From Parvibaculaceae bacterium (GTDB lineage: Bacteria; Pseudomonadota; Alphaproteobacteria; Parvibaculales; Parvibaculaceae), in the NCBI GenBank assembly GCA_947259525.1, contig CAMYLN010000007.1, positions 58,417 to 122,416 of the forward strand: a DNA stretch of 64,000 nucleotides, written 5' to 3'. The first letter of the stretch is position 1, and each line of letters begins with the position of its first letter. Below are positions 17,973 through 28,568 of this stretch, one piece after another. The notes beneath the pieces were generated by a model that saw only the letters and a program-made list of their open reading frames with translations, made no database searches and was not told where the DNA came from. A program made the translations under genes and the position numbers.

Positions 17973-20750
17973 TCAGTCCAGACTGCGGGCGATTTCCTCT
18001 ACATTGAAACACTCGATCACGTCACCTGCACGCATGTCCTGATAGTTTTCAAAGGCCATACCGCATTCCTGACCGCTCAACACTTCTTTCACTTCATCCT
18101 TGAAGCGTTTCAGTGTTGAGAGTGTGCCTTCATGGATCACCACATCATCACGGATAAGGCGAACCTTGGCCCCACGGCGGACATTGCCCTCCGTGACACG
18201 GCAACCCGCGACCTTGCCCACCTTGGAAATGTTGAACACTTCCAGGATCTGCGCATTACCAATAAAGGTTTCACGCAGTTCCGGCGAGAGCAGGCCGGAC
18301 ATGGCTGCCTTCACATCATCGACAAGGTCGTAGATGACGGAATAGTAGCGGATTTCAATTCCCGTCTGACGGGCTGCATCACGCGCCTGCGCATTGGCAC
18401 GCACGTTGAAACCGATCACCGGTGCGCCGGAAGCATCTGCCAGTGTGATATCTGCTTCGGTGATACCGCCGACACCAGAGTGAATGACCCGTGCTGACAC
18501 CTCGTCGTTGCCCAGCTTCTCCATCGCCTGAACGATAGCTTCCGCGGAGCCCTGCACATCGGACTTCACGATAATCGGCAATTCCTTGCGCTCGGATGCC
18601 TTCAGCTGCAACAACATCTGGTCCAGCGAGGTCCGGCCAGCGCCGCCCACACGCTTGTCACGACGCAGACCCTGACGATAGCTCGCCACTTCACGCGCAC
18701 GCGCCTCGTTTTCCACTACGACAAAAACATCGCCCGCTTCGGGTGTGCCGTTCAGGCCCAGAACCTCAACCGGCTGTGATGGACCGGCTTCCATGACATT
18801 CTCGCCGCGATCATTGATGAGCGCGCGAACGCGGCCCCATTCGGCACCGGCAACCAGAATATCCCCGACGCGCAGCGTCCCACGCTGAATGAGCAACGTG
18901 CCCACTGGCCCACGGCCCTTGTCGAGCTTGGCTTCCACGATAACACCTTCGCCCGCCCGGTCTGGATTGGACTTCAATTCCAGAATTTCAGACTGAAGGA
19001 TGATGGCTTCTTCCAGCGTATCGAGACCGGCCCGGGTGTGGGCTGACACTTCCACTGCCTGAATTTCACCACCCAGGTCTTCCACGAAAATTTCGTGCTG
19101 GAGCAGTTCGTTCTTCACACGCTGTGGTTCAGCGGCTGGCTTATCGCATTTGTTGATCGCCACGATGATCGGCACTTCTGCCGCCTTCGCGTGATTGATT
19201 GCCTCAATCGTCTGCGGCATAACGCCATCATCGGCGGCCACGACAAGGATCACGATGTCTGTGGCTTTCGCACCACGGGCACGCATGGAGGTGAAGGCTT
19301 CGTGGCCCGGCGTATCCAGGAAAGTGATCTTGTCACCGGAGGCCATTGTTACCTGATAAGCACCAATATGCTGCGTGATGCCACCAGCTTCGCCCGACAC
19401 AACGTCGGTCTTGCGCAGGGCGTCGAGCAGAGAGGTCTTACCATGGTCAACGTGACCCATGACCGTGACAACCGGCGCACGTGGACGTTTTGTTTCTTCA
19501 GGGTCGTCGTCGGTAACGAGACCGGTTTCCACGTCAGCAGCGGACACACGCTTCACCGTGTGACCCATCTCTTCCGCGATAAGCTGTGCGCTGTCGCTGT
19601 CGATCACGTCGTTGATCTTTACCATCTCGCCCTGTTTCATCAGGATCTTGATGACGTCAACGGCACGTTCCGCCATACGGTTTGCAAGCTCCTGCACCGT
19701 GATGGCTTCAGGGATCACAACTTCACGGACCACCTTGGCCTGTGGCTCCATCCCGCCCATGGCCTTCTTGCGTTCACGCTCGGCCCGACGGCGCATTGAG
19801 GCCAGTGATTTCTGACGCGCCTCGTCCGGCCCGCGCAGGGCGCTGTCGATTGTCAGCTTGCCTGTACGGCGACGCTGATCACCGCGACGTGGTGTCGGGG
19901 TTGGTCGCGCAACCTCGCCGGCACGTGATGGCGCGCGCGTTTTGCGTGCCTCCTCATCGTGGTCTCTGTCTTTGGCCGCCACTTTTGGCGTCGACTTGGT
20001 GGATGGTTTCGTAATTTCGTCCGCCGGTGTTGCCACTTTAGCGCCTGCGGGCGCAGGTTTGGCATCCATGCGCTTGCGCGCTTCCACTTCGGCGGCACGC
20101 TTTTGCTCTTCTTCCACTTTCAGGCGTGCGGCTTCTTCCGCCTCACGCTTTTCGGCTTCTGCTTTCTCTTTGGCCCGGCGCTCGTCCTCTGCTGCCTGGC
20201 GAATGGCATCTTCGGCGGCCTGCCGGCGCTCTTCCTCTTCGCGAATACGCGCCATGTCGAGCGCCCGCCCGCGGGCAGCTTTTTCCTCTTCGGTCAGGGT
20301 GCGCAACACCATGCCGCCGCGATCTTTCCTGGCGGGCTTTTCAGCTTTCGCAGGCGCGGCCTTTGCAGCGGCTTTCGGCGCAGCCTTGGCGGCGGCCTTT
20401 GGTGCGGCTGCGGGTGTTGCCTTGGCAGCCCCTTTTGCTGTTTCCGCCGGTGCTGATTTGGGCGCTGCCGCAGATGCAACCTTCGGTGCAGCCGTTGGCG
20501 CAGCTGAGGACGCAGCCTTGGATACGGCCGGCGCTACCTTTGGCTGCGGTGTTGGCGTGGCTTCAGCAGCCTCGTCCGCGCCGCCAGGCTTAATTGTGCG
20601 CTTGCGTTTGGTTTCAACAACAACGGATTTCGACCGACCATGCGAAATGTTCTGGCGTACAGAGCCAGACTCGACCGTCCGCTTCAGGCTGAGGGTCTTC
20701 CCGCCCGATGCTTTCAGTTTGCGTTCGCCACCTTCCGTCTGATCGCTCAT
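17973..20750 (-). CDS. infB: Translation initiation factor IF-2
   Basis: [43 protein letters not shown]; Ala/Lys/Pro-rich N-terminal linker. Confidence 0.99.
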   Translation of the reverse strand: MSDQTEGGERKLKASGGKTLSLKRTVESGSVRQNISHGRSKSVVVETKRKRTIKPGGADEAAEATPTPQPKVAPAVSKAASSAAPTAAPKVASAAAPKSAPAETAKGAAKATPAAAPKAAAKAAPKAAAKAAPAKAEKPARKDRGGMVLRTLTEEEKAARGRALDMARIREEEERRQAAEDAIRQAAEDERRAKEKAEAEKREAEEAARLKVEEEQKRAAEVEARKRMDAKPAPAGAKVATPADEITKPSTKSTPKVAAKDRDHDEEARKTRAPSRAGEVARPTPTPRRGDQRRRTGKLTIDSALRGPDEARQKSLASMRRRAERERKKAMGGMEPQAKVVREVVIPEAITVQELANRMAERAVDVIKILMKQGEMVKINDVIDSDSAQLIAEEMGHTVKRVSAADVETGLVTDDDPEETKRPRAPVVTVMGHVDHGKTSLLDALRKTDVVSGEAGGITQHIGAYQVTMASGDKITFLDTPGHEAFTSMRARGAKATDIVILVVAADDGVMPQTIEAINHAKAAEVPIIVAINKCDKPAAEPQRVKNELLQHEIFVEDLGGEIQAVEVSAHTRAGLDTLEEAIILQSEILELKSNPDRAGEGVIVEAKLDKGRGPVGTLLIQRGTLRVGDILVAGAEWGRVRALINDRGENVMEAGPSQPVEVLGLNGTPEAGDVFVVVENEARAREVASYRQGLRRDKRVGGAGRTSLDQMLLQLKASERKELPIIVKSDVQGSAEAIVQAMEKLGNDEVSARVIHSGVGGITEADITLADASGAPVIGFNVRANAQARDAARQTGIEIRYYSVIYDLVDDVKAAMSGLLSPELRETFIGNAQILEVFNISKVGKVAGCRVTEGNVRRGAKVRLIRDDVVIHEGTLSTLKRFKDEVKEVLSGQECGMAFENYQDMRAGDVIECFNVEEIARSLD

Positions 20751-20874
20751 TCTTTTCCTTTACTTGGCCTCGCCTTACGGGTTTTCCACCCGCTGGCATA
20801 CAACCACTTCGTTCTTTTTAGCGCCCGGCGATCTGCGTTTCATACCCAGCACTACCCTTCAAGGTCGTGCTGTT

Positions 20875-21549
20875 TCAGGCATCGTCGCGGCGCCAAGCCG
20901 ACAGTCTGGCAAAATCGGCCAGTACCTTTTCCTGCATGCGTCCCTTTTTCAGGGCAGCATGTACCACATTTAACCGTCCCAATGCCAAACCCATTTGGCC
21001 TGAGGTTAACTCTTTCAACAGGGGCAGACCGGTCAGGTCTGCCGCCTTCAGTTTTGCATGGAAGCGTCTGCTTCCATCTCGCCCGGCGTCTGTTGCCTCG
21101 ATCAAGGCAGCAACCGGTTCGCGGTCCAGGGTCTCAAACACCCTTTCAAGACCCATAATCAGTTCGCCGGACCGGCGGGCAAGACCCAGCGTTTCTGCGG
21201 TTCTTGCCTCCAAAAGCCGTTCCACCAGGTCTGCCAGGCCCTCTGGAACCTGAACCTGCTGTTTTGCCGAACGGGCAAACGCCTTTTTGGCGATTGCCTG
21301 CTCCAGGGCCTCACGCGTCCCTGTCACCCAAATACCGCGCCCAGGCAGTCTTTCAGCGAGGTCCGGGCCAATCTGGCCTTCGGGCCCCACTATAAAGCGG
21401 ATCAAGCCCGCTTTGGGCTGCGTTTCACCAGTGGCGATGCAGCGGCGCTCGGATTCCGGCTTCTTCGACGGTTTTGGCTTACGGGCCGCATTTTCCGGCT
21501 CGACCGCCTCGTCCGTGTCAGGCTTTTGTTCCATCTGCGCCACTATCAA
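20875..21549 (-). CDS. YlxR/DUF448 RNA-binding protein with L7Ae-like C-terminal domain (start may be 21534)
   Basis: ERRCIATG, LIRFIVGPEG, DLAERLPGRGIWV; located between nusA and infB. Confidence 0.9.
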   Translation of the reverse strand: MIVAQMEQKPDTDEAVEPENAARKPKPSKKPESERRCIATGETQPKAGLIRFIVGPEGQIGPDLAERLPGRGIWVTGTREALEQAIAKKAFARSAKQQVQVPEGLADLVERLLEARTAETLGLARRSGELIMGLERVFETLDREPVAALIEATDAGRDGSRRFHAKLKAADLTGLPLLKELTSGQMGLALGRLNVVHAALKKGRMQEKVLADFARLSAWRRDDA

Positions 21550-21566
21550 GGTCAGGAAAACAACGC

Positions 21567-23186
21567 TTAAGCGTCGTCGCCTTCAACCTCTTCCTCACCC
21601 TCTTCAACTTCTTCCACGGCCGGTGCCAGATCTTCTTCTGTCACCCAACCTGCTTTCAACCGAGCTGACATAATAATGGACTGCGCTTCACTGGCATCGA
21701 TCTCGAAGCCATCCAGAATGCCCGCCATGCGGGTGCGCTCACCTTTTACGTGCTCGTACCAACCAAGCAGATCGTCCGTTACGCAGCCTGCAAGGTCTTC
21801 AACGGTCTTGATATCGTTTTCACCGAAGGCGACCAGCATTGCTGTTGTGACACCCGGCACTTCCGCCACGGCGTCTTCCACGCCCAGCTTGCGACGGGCT
21901 TCATCAAATTCTGCGTTCTGGCGTTCCAGAAATTCAAGGGCGCGGCTCTGAATTTCCTGCGCTGTATCTTCGTCAAAACCTTCAATATTGGCAATCTCGT
22001 CGAGTGCGACATAAGCCACTTCCTCAACGCTTGCAAAACCTTCCGACGCCAGAAGCTGCGCGATCACCTCGTCCACGTCCAACGCTTCCATAAAGGTGTT
22101 GGAGCGCTGCACGAATTCGGCCTGACGACGTTCGCTTTCCTCCGCCTCTGTCAGGATATCAATATCCCAACCCGTCAATTGCGACGCCAACCGAACGTTC
22201 TGACCGCGACGACCAATGGCCAGCGACAATTGCTCATCGGGCACAACAACTTCGATGCGCTGTGCATCCTCATCGAGCACCACTTTGGCGACTTCAGCCG
22301 GTGCCAGTGCATTTACGATGAAACCGGCGAAGTCATCCGTCCACTGGATGATATCAATCTTTTCGCCCTGAAGCTCGTTCACCACGGCCTGCACACGGCT
22401 GCCGCGCATGCCGACGCACGCCCCGACAGGGTCGATGGAATGATCGTTTGATGTTACCGCGATTTTTGCGCGCGAGCCCGGATCACGGGCGACCGCCTTC
22501 ACCTCGATGATGCCATCATAAATTTCAGGCACTTCCTGACCGAAGAGTTTGGCCATGAATTGAGGATGTGTGCGCGACAGGAAAATCTGCGGTCCGCGCT
22601 GCTCGCGACGCACGTCATAGATGTAGGCGCGAATGCGATCGCCGGCCCGGAAAACTTCACGCGGCAGGCTTTCGTCCCGCCGTACAATGCCTTCACCGCG
22701 GCCCAGATCCACAATCACGTTGCCATATTCAGCCCGCTTGACCACACCGTGAATGATTTCACCAATACGGTCCTTGAACTCCTCAAACTGACGCTCGCGC
22801 TCCGCATCCCGTACTTTCTGCACGATGACCTGCTTGGCGGTCTGTGCCGCGATACGTCCGAAATCAACCGGGGGCAGCTCATCTTCAATCAGATCGCCGA
22901 CACGCGCTGCCGGGTTACGGCGCTGCGCATCCACCACCAGAATTTCAGTGGCATCGTTTTCGATGGCGTCTACAACATCCAACAAACGCACCAGGCGAAT
23001 TTCGCCGGTGTTCGGGTCGATCCGTGCACGGATGTCATTCTCTGCGCCGTAACGAGATTTGGCCGCCTTTTGAATGGCCTCCGCCATAGCTTCAAGCACC
23101 AGTTCACGCTCGATCGATTTTTCCCGCGCCACGGCATCCGCAATTTGCAGAAGTTCCAATCTGTTCGCGCTCACAGCCTGAGCCAT
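21567..23186 (-). CDS. nusA: Transcription termination/antitermination factor NusA
   Basis: FGRIAAQTAKQVI, ARDPGSRAKIAV, DPVGACVGMRGSRV, LAIGRRGQNVRLA. Confidence 0.99.
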   Translation of the reverse strand: MAQAVSANRLELLQIADAVAREKSIERELVLEAMAEAIQKAAKSRYGAENDIRARIDPNTGEIRLVRLLDVVDAIENDATEILVVDAQRRNPAARVGDLIEDELPPVDFGRIAAQTAKQVIVQKVRDAERERQFEEFKDRIGEIIHGVVKRAEYGNVIVDLGRGEGIVRRDESLPREVFRAGDRIRAYIYDVRREQRGPQIFLSRTHPQFMAKLFGQEVPEIYDGIIEVKAVARDPGSRAKIAVTSNDHSIDPVGACVGMRGSRVQAVVNELQGEKIDIIQWTDDFAGFIVNALAPAEVAKVVLDEDAQRIEVVVPDEQLSLAIGRRGQNVRLASQLTGWDIDILTEAEESERRQAEFVQRSNTFMEALDVDEVIAQLLASEGFASVEEVAYVALDEIANIEGFDEDTAQEIQSRALEFLERQNAEFDEARRKLGVEDAVAEVPGVTTAMLVAFGENDIKTVEDLAGCVTDDLLGWYEHVKGERTRMAGILDGFEIDASEAQSIIMSARLKAGWVTEEDLAPAVEEVEEGEEEVEGDDA

Positions 23187-23266
23187 TATCTCGTCTCCGT
23201 TGTCCGTTTACCGCCGATTCCAGTCAGGCGGTTCAAGTCTGTCAAATGCGCGACTGCGCCTTATCC

Positions 23267-23842
23267 CTAATTCTTTACGTCTTCCGTACCGTCTGCATTG
23301 TCATTTGCTTGCACAGCGTTCTCGGCAGGTTTCATGCGCCGGGCGCTTTCTTCCACAAGATCGTCTGTGATAACCAGGCGGGCATCTGACACGAGGGTGA
23401 ACGGCAAACCAATTGTCTGCAATTCCTTGTGCCCGTCCACCTGCATCTCCAGCAGCACTTCACCGGCCTCTACGCCCTGCAACGTGCCGCGAAACCGTTT
23501 ACGCCCCGCCAGCATTTCCGAAAGCTCAAGCTTCACTTCAAAGCCGGCCCAATTCTCGAAATCTTTCTCACGGGTCAAAGGCCGACCAATGCCGGGAGAA
23601 GACACTTCAAGCATATATTGGCTCTTGATCGGATCCGCGACATCCATCAGCGCGGAAATCGTCCGGCTCACAGCCTCACAATCTTCAACCAGCATCGTGC
23701 CATCCGGACGCTCTGCCATGATCTGCAGCGTCCCGCCACCATCACCAGACTGACGGACCCGCACAAGCTCATAACCCAGATCATTGATTGCCGGTTCAAT
23801 CAGGTCGGCAATACGTTTTCCGAGCGCGCCATGGGCGACCAT
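23267..23842 (-). CDS. rimP: Ribosome maturation factor RimP
   Basis: LGYELVRV, LQIMAERPDG, VEDCEAVSR, YMLEVSSPGIGRPL; start at MVAHG. Confidence 0.95.
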   Translation of the reverse strand: MVAHGALGKRIADLIEPAINDLGYELVRVRQSGDGGGTLQIMAERPDGTMLVEDCEAVSRTISALMDVADPIKSQYMLEVSSPGIGRPLTREKDFENWAGFEVKLELSEMLAGRKRFRGTLQGVEAGEVLLEMQVDGHKELQTIGLPFTLVSDARLVITDDLVEESARRMKPAENAVQANDNADGTEDVKN

Positions 23843-23946
23843 GGGTGCACGTGTTTTGCCTGTTTCATTGTTCCGTTCGCTCAGCAATCGGCTTCCTTTT
23901 GGCTGATGAGACCGTTCGCCGCTTTCAAGATCAGCGGTCTCCAGAT

Positions 23947-24006
23947 AACAAAAAAAGCGGGGCCCCGGTTTAGAGATCCCACTTTCTACAATCTGACAAA
24001 TGTCAG
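23947..24006 (-). promoter_or_regulatory. rimP leader attenuator/terminator
   Basis: Minus strand: CTGAC-ATTT-GTCAG hairpin, then AAAGTGGGATCTC-TAAACC-GGGGCCCCGCTTTTTTTG hairpin with U7, ~105 nt before rimP. Confidence 0.65.
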
Positions 24007-24097
24007 CTATGTCTAAAGTCAGGGGGACATTACGCCCGAACGCCCCCAATTTTCAAGCTTTTTCTGGACGGAGGCCGGGCCGCCGCCAACGGGGGCA

Positions 24098-24820
24098 TTA
24101 TCGGGGTTTGCGGCGAAATTTGAGATAGACCGGCTGGCGGCCTTCGCGAATGGCCTTCGCCTCGTATCTCGTTCCCGGCCAGTCCGTCCCCCGGACCCGC
24201 CAATCGGACGGCTTTTCCGCAGTCCAGGTGAAAAGGCCGTGGTCGCGGATTTCGCGCAAGGTCCAGCGGCAATAGTGCTTGATGTCCGTTGCCACCCGGA
24301 ATTCTCCCCCGTCCACCATGACGCGCGCCAGCTCGTCGAGCGTTTCCGCGGAGACAAAACGACGTTTATGGTGGCGCTTCTTGTGCCAGGGGTCGGGGAA
24401 CAACAGGAATGCGCGCGCAATCGACGCATCGCCCAGGCGCTCCAGCACGTCGCGCGCGTCGTTGGGGTGAATACGTACATTGGAAAGGCCGCGCTCTTCC
24501 ACCTCACTCAACAGTTTCGCCACACCGTTTACAAACGGTTCGCACCCGATCAGGCCAACCATCGGGTGCGCGACGGCCTGCGCCGCCAAATGCTCCCCGC
24601 CACCAAACCCTATTTCCAGCCAGACTTCCTTCGCGGCATCGTCAAAGAGTGTTTTCGGATCGTCGAGGGGGCCGTTTTCGGGAACCTGAATTTGCGGCAA
24701 AAGGACTTCCATCAGATTGTCATGATGGGCCCGCAGGGTATGGCCCTTGCGCCGGCCATAAAGAAGCCGCCGACGGGGAAATTCCACTGATGGCGGCTTC
24801 TGATCTCGTTCGTCTGTCAC
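24098..24820 (-). CDS. trmB: tRNA (guanine-N7)-methyltransferase
   Basis: LYGRRKG, WLEIGFGGGEHL, IGCEPF, LLFPDPWHKKRHHKRR, TRYEAKA; GTG start inferred. Confidence 0.95.
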   Translation of the reverse strand: MTDERDQKPPSVEFPRRRLLYGRRKGHTLRAHHDNLMEVLLPQIQVPENGPLDDPKTLFDDAAKEVWLEIGFGGGEHLAAQAVAHPMVGLIGCEPFVNGVAKLLSEVEERGLSNVRIHPNDARDVLERLGDASIARAFLLFPDPWHKKRHHKRRFVSAETLDELARVMVDGGEFRVATDIKHYCRWTLREIRDHGLFTWTAEKPSDWRVRGTDWPGTRYEAKAIREGRQPVYLKFRRKPR

Positions 24821-24839
24821 GTCTTGTCCGATAGGCTGC

Positions 24840-26009
24840 TTATGGGAGCGCCTTGTTAATCGCGTCAACCAGGTCTGTCTTCTCCCAGGAGAAGCCGCCA
24901 TCCGCTTCCGGCTCACGACCGAAATGGCCGTAGGCTGCCGTGCGGGCATAGATCGGACGGTTCAATGACAGATGCTCACGAATACCGCGGGGGCTCAGGT
25001 CCATTGCCTTGCCCAACGCAACCTCAAGCGCGGCTTCGTCCACATTGCCGGTACCATGCGTGTCGACATAGATGGACAATGGCTTTGACACACCAATTGC
25101 ATAAGCAAGCTGGATGGTACAGCGGTCTGCCAGATTGGCCGCGACCACGTTCTTGGCCAGATAGCGTGCCGCATAAGCCGCTGAACGGTCCACTTTCGTC
25201 GGATCTTTACCGGAGAAAGCCCCGCCACCGTGCGGTGCAGCCCCGCCATACGTGTCCACGATGATCTTGCGGCCCGTCAGACCGGCATCGCCGTCCGGGC
25301 CCCCAATAATGAAAATGCCGGTCGGGTTCACGTAGAACTCGTCCTCAGGGCACATCCAGCCATCGGGCAGAATGTCCGCCACAACCGGGCGCACCAGCTC
25401 GCGAATGTCGGCCTGGGTCAGGCCTTCATCATGCTGTGTAGACACAACAACAGACGTGGCGCCCACCGGCTTGCCGTCCACATATTTCAGCGTGACCTGG
25501 CTTTTTGCATCCGGCCCGAACCCCTTGACCTTGCCGGAATGGCGAAGCTCCGCCATCCGCTTCAGGATCAGGTGGGAATAATAGATCGGCGCTGGCATCA
25601 GGACCGGTGTTTCCCGGCAGGCATAGCCAAACATGATGCCCTGGTCGCCCGCACCTTCGTCTTTATTGCCTGCCGCGTCCACGCCTTGAGCGATATGGGC
25701 GGATTGCGCATGCAGGTAGACGGATACGTCAGCGTTCTTCCAGTGGAACCCATCCTGCTCGTAGCCGATATCCTTCACCGCATCGCGCGCAACCTGCTCG
25801 ATCATTTCCTTGGTGATGGTTTCAGGGCCGCGAACCTCGCCCGCCAGGACGATACGGTTGGTTGTGGTCAATGTTTCACAGGCCACACGTGCCTGGGGAT
25901 CAGCGCTCAGATAGGTATCAAGCACCGCATCTGAAATACGGTCGCAGACCTTATCCGGATGGCCTTCAGATACGGATTCACTCGTAAAGAGATAGTCTTG
26001 TCTTGCCAC
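24840..26009 (-). CDS. metK: S-adenosylmethionine synthetase
   Basis: [39 protein letters not shown]; GTG start after GGGAGA. Confidence 0.98.
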   Translation of the reverse strand: MARQDYLFTSESVSEGHPDKVCDRISDAVLDTYLSADPQARVACETLTTTNRIVLAGEVRGPETITKEMIEQVARDAVKDIGYEQDGFHWKNADVSVYLHAQSAHIAQGVDAAGNKDEGAGDQGIMFGYACRETPVLMPAPIYYSHLILKRMAELRHSGKVKGFGPDAKSQVTLKYVDGKPVGATSVVVSTQHDEGLTQADIRELVRPVVADILPDGWMCPEDEFYVNPTGIFIIGGPDGDAGLTGRKIIVDTYGGAAPHGGGAFSGKDPTKVDRSAAYAARYLAKNVVAANLADRCTIQLAYAIGVSKPLSIYVDTHGTGNVDEAALEVALGKAMDLSPRGIREHLSLNRPIYARTAAYGHFGREPEADGGFSWEKTDLVDAINKALP

Positions 26010-26157
26010 GCTAAATGTCTCCCAGTTATGCAGCCCTTCTGACGGGGCGTGGTGGGGCAAGCGCCAGAACTGACGCGGCCTGAGTTTTTGCAAGGAATAG
26101 CCGAGGCGTCAAGCAGGATGACCCTTTCATCCCCCGCTCTCCTGATAATCTTGGAAA

Positions 26158-26595
26158 TTATGCTGCTCCACCGTCAGGATCGCCGGTTGCGACGGACTGT
26201 TCCGCCATAACTTTCATGAGATCCAACAGGCGTTTACGGATCTCAGGGTCCGCAATCGCAAAAAAAGTACTGTTGAGCTGAATGCCTTCGGACGTCGAGA
26301 GCATATCGAGGTTGAAGCTGCTCACCGGGGCCTCTGAAAAACCGGTTTCCTGATCTGTATCCGCCAGCTCCAGCCCGTCATAAAAATAGTCAACCGGTAC
26401 ATCCAGCGTACGCGCGATCTGATAGAGACGGCTCGCGCCAATACGGTTGGCCCCCTTCTCGTATTTCTGTACCTGCTGGAAGGTCAGACCGAGCTGGTCC
26501 CCCAAACGCTCCTGGCTCATACCAATGAGCATTCTGCGCATCCGAACACGGCTCCCCACATGCACATCAATCGGATTTGGCAATTTACGCGGCAA
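26158..26595 (-). CDS. XRE-family helix-turn-helix regulator (conserved lnt-metK neighbour)
   Basis: PNPIDVHVGSRVRMRR, SQERLGDQLGLTFQQVQKYEKGANRIGASRL; TTG start after AAGGGAG. Confidence 0.92.
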   Translation of the reverse strand: MPRKLPNPIDVHVGSRVRMRRMLIGMSQERLGDQLGLTFQQVQKYEKGANRIGASRLYQIARTLDVPVDYFYDGLELADTDQETGFSEAPVSSFNLDMLSTSEGIQLNSTFFAIADPEIRKRLLDLMKVMAEQSVATGDPDGGAA

Positions 26596-26846
26596 AGTAC
26601 GCTCCCTTAAAATAGTTATTTAGTATTATATTTGAATTTACTTATATGACTACTATACCACTCAAGTATCGAAACGTATGATGCTGAAATTAACCTTGTA
26701 GTTCATGCCAATTCTGAACGTCAAGCTGCACGTTTCATCGCACACCCATCCGAATGAGCGATTCGCAACCAACATACAACTATAAGTTAGTATTTTTTAT
26801 GACTAACTGAAAGCATGAACTCACCCAGCATGACCCGTTGCCGGGC

Positions 26847-28568
26847 TTAGTGCTGGTCTTTCGCGGGCTTCAACACTGGCTGTGAAAAGCCCCACCGCGC
26901 CACACCAAGCGCGACACCGATCAAGAGGAAAAAGAACAGATCACCGATCCGCGCATAAAGCGGGGCGGACAGCGCCGTCGGCAGGCCAGTATCGAGCACA
27001 CCGGCAGTGTTGAGAGGCACCGATGCCAGAACCCGCCCATATGGATCAATCATCGCGGAAATACCCGTATTGGCTGCCCGCGCCACGGGCAGACCTTGCT
27101 CCACCGCGCGCAGACGAGCCTGTGCCAAATGCTGATAGGGGCCGGCAGACTGGCCAAACCAGGCATCATTGGTCACATTGGCCAACCAGCCAGGTCGTTC
27201 GGCCCCCACGGTCCGGCCCGGAAAAATGATCTCATAGCAAATGAGAGGCCCCACGGGCGGCGCCCCGGGAACCTCTAGCGTCCGGGGACCGGGCCCGGCC
27301 TGATAGCCCCCGCGCAACCGGGTCAATTGTTGTAACCCGACGGCCTCCAGCAAGCTTTGGAGAGGCAGATATTCGCCGAACGGAACCAGATGCGCTTTGT
27401 CATAGGTATCGCGGATCTCTCCGTCCGGACCCATCACATAGAACGAATTGTAAAAATGCATGGGGATCCGCCCATTGACATCAGGCGGTCTGGTGGGATC
27501 CGCCTCTCCCCGCACGGATCCCAACATCAGCACACCACCGGGCCTTAAAATACGGGAGATTGCAGACCGGATGACCGGTTCGCGATCCACCAAAAACGGA
27601 AGTGCCGATTCCGGCCACAGAATATGCGTGGGCTCCGGACCCTGCTTCGGCGCTTCATCGCTCATGCGCAAAAAGAGGCCCATGATTTCCTGTCGGTTTT
27701 CAGGCAACCATTTGGCACGTTGCTCCACATTGGGCTGTACGAGGCGCAGCGTCACGCCGTCCACATACTCAACCTCCGAAGCCGCCAGACGCATCGCCCC
27801 GCCGAACCACAAAAGGATCAGGGCCATGTAGGCCACCAGGACCGGGCGACCGACGGAAGCGGTTTTCCAGCTATAGGACTTGTCTTGATGTTTGAGACGC
27901 GGATCGAAAGAGGCAGGCGAAAAAAACACCAACATCAGGATCAGGGTCAGACCATAGACGCCAAACAGGGCCGCGCTTTGTATCAACGGGTCCGACAGCA
28001 CCGCCACCTGGCCCAACAGGTTCCAGGGGAAACCGGTCAACACATGACCCCGCAGCCATTCGGACGCCGCCCATGCCACCGCAAGCACCAGAACGCGTGC
28101 CATGCCTGCGCTCCAGAAGAAGCGCGCGATAGCAAAGGCCATGCCGGTAAAAAGCCCCAGACCCGCCGGCAGGCCCGTCACGGCAAAAGGCAACATCCAG
28201 CCAAAGGTTTCCGCCTCGACCAGAAACGCTTCACCAATCCAGTAAAGCGACGCGAAGAAGTAACCAAACCCGAACCACCAGCCGATTGCACCAGCACGGC
28301 GCGCGGCGCGCCAGTTCTGTTTTGAGGGCTCACCCGTTCCGTCCAGCAACCAGACAAGCGCCGGCAATGTGAACACGAGTACTGCGAAAAGCTCAAAGGG
28401 AGGCTGGGCTGCCACGGAGACAAGACCCAGCCCAAAAGCTGCCGCGAACCGCCGCCAGCCTGTGAGACTATAGAGATAGAGCGCAGCCTGCTCGGCGCGG
28501 GTCAGTATCACATCGAAAAGATTACGGGCACGCTCTTCCAGAGCATTTGACGGCTCATTTTTTTTCAT
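26847..28568 (-). CDS. lnt: Apolipoprotein N-acyltransferase (start uncertain)
   Basis: LTGFPWNL, LWPES, YDKAHLVPFGEY, ICYEIIF, NVTNDAWFG, RAANTGISA. Confidence 0.95.
   Translation of the reverse strand: MKKNEPSNALEERARNLFDVILTRAEQAALYLYSLTGWRRFAAAFGLGLVSVAAQPPFELFAVLVFTLPALVWLLDGTGEPSKQNWRAARRAGAIGWWFGFGYFFASLYWIGEAFLVEAETFGWMLPFAVTGLPAGLGLFTGMAFAIARFFWSAGMARVLVLAVAWAASEWLRGHVLTGFPWNLLGQVAVLSDPLIQSAALFGVYGLTLILMLVFFSPASFDPRLKHQDKSYSWKTASVGRPVLVAYMALILLWFGGAMRLAASEVEYVDGVTLRLVQPNVEQRAKWLPENRQEIMGLFLRMSDEAPKQGPEPTHILWPESALPFLVDREPVIRSAISRILRPGGVLMLGSVRGEADPTRPPDVNGRIPMHFYNSFYVMGPDGEIRDTYDKAHLVPFGEYLPLQSLLEAVGLQQLTRLRGGYQAGPGPRTLEVPGAPPVGPLICYEIIFPGRTVGAERPGWLANVTNDAWFGQSAGPYQHLAQARLRAVEQGLPVARAANTGISAMIDPYGRVLASVPLNTAGVLDTGLPTALSAPLYARIGDLFFFLLIGVALGVARWGFSQPVLKPAKDQH

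Noticed and set aside
26010-26157. SAM-II or SAM-SAH riboswitch upstream of metK
   Set aside because: I could not find the conserved cores of either motif by eye. An Infernal search would be decisive.
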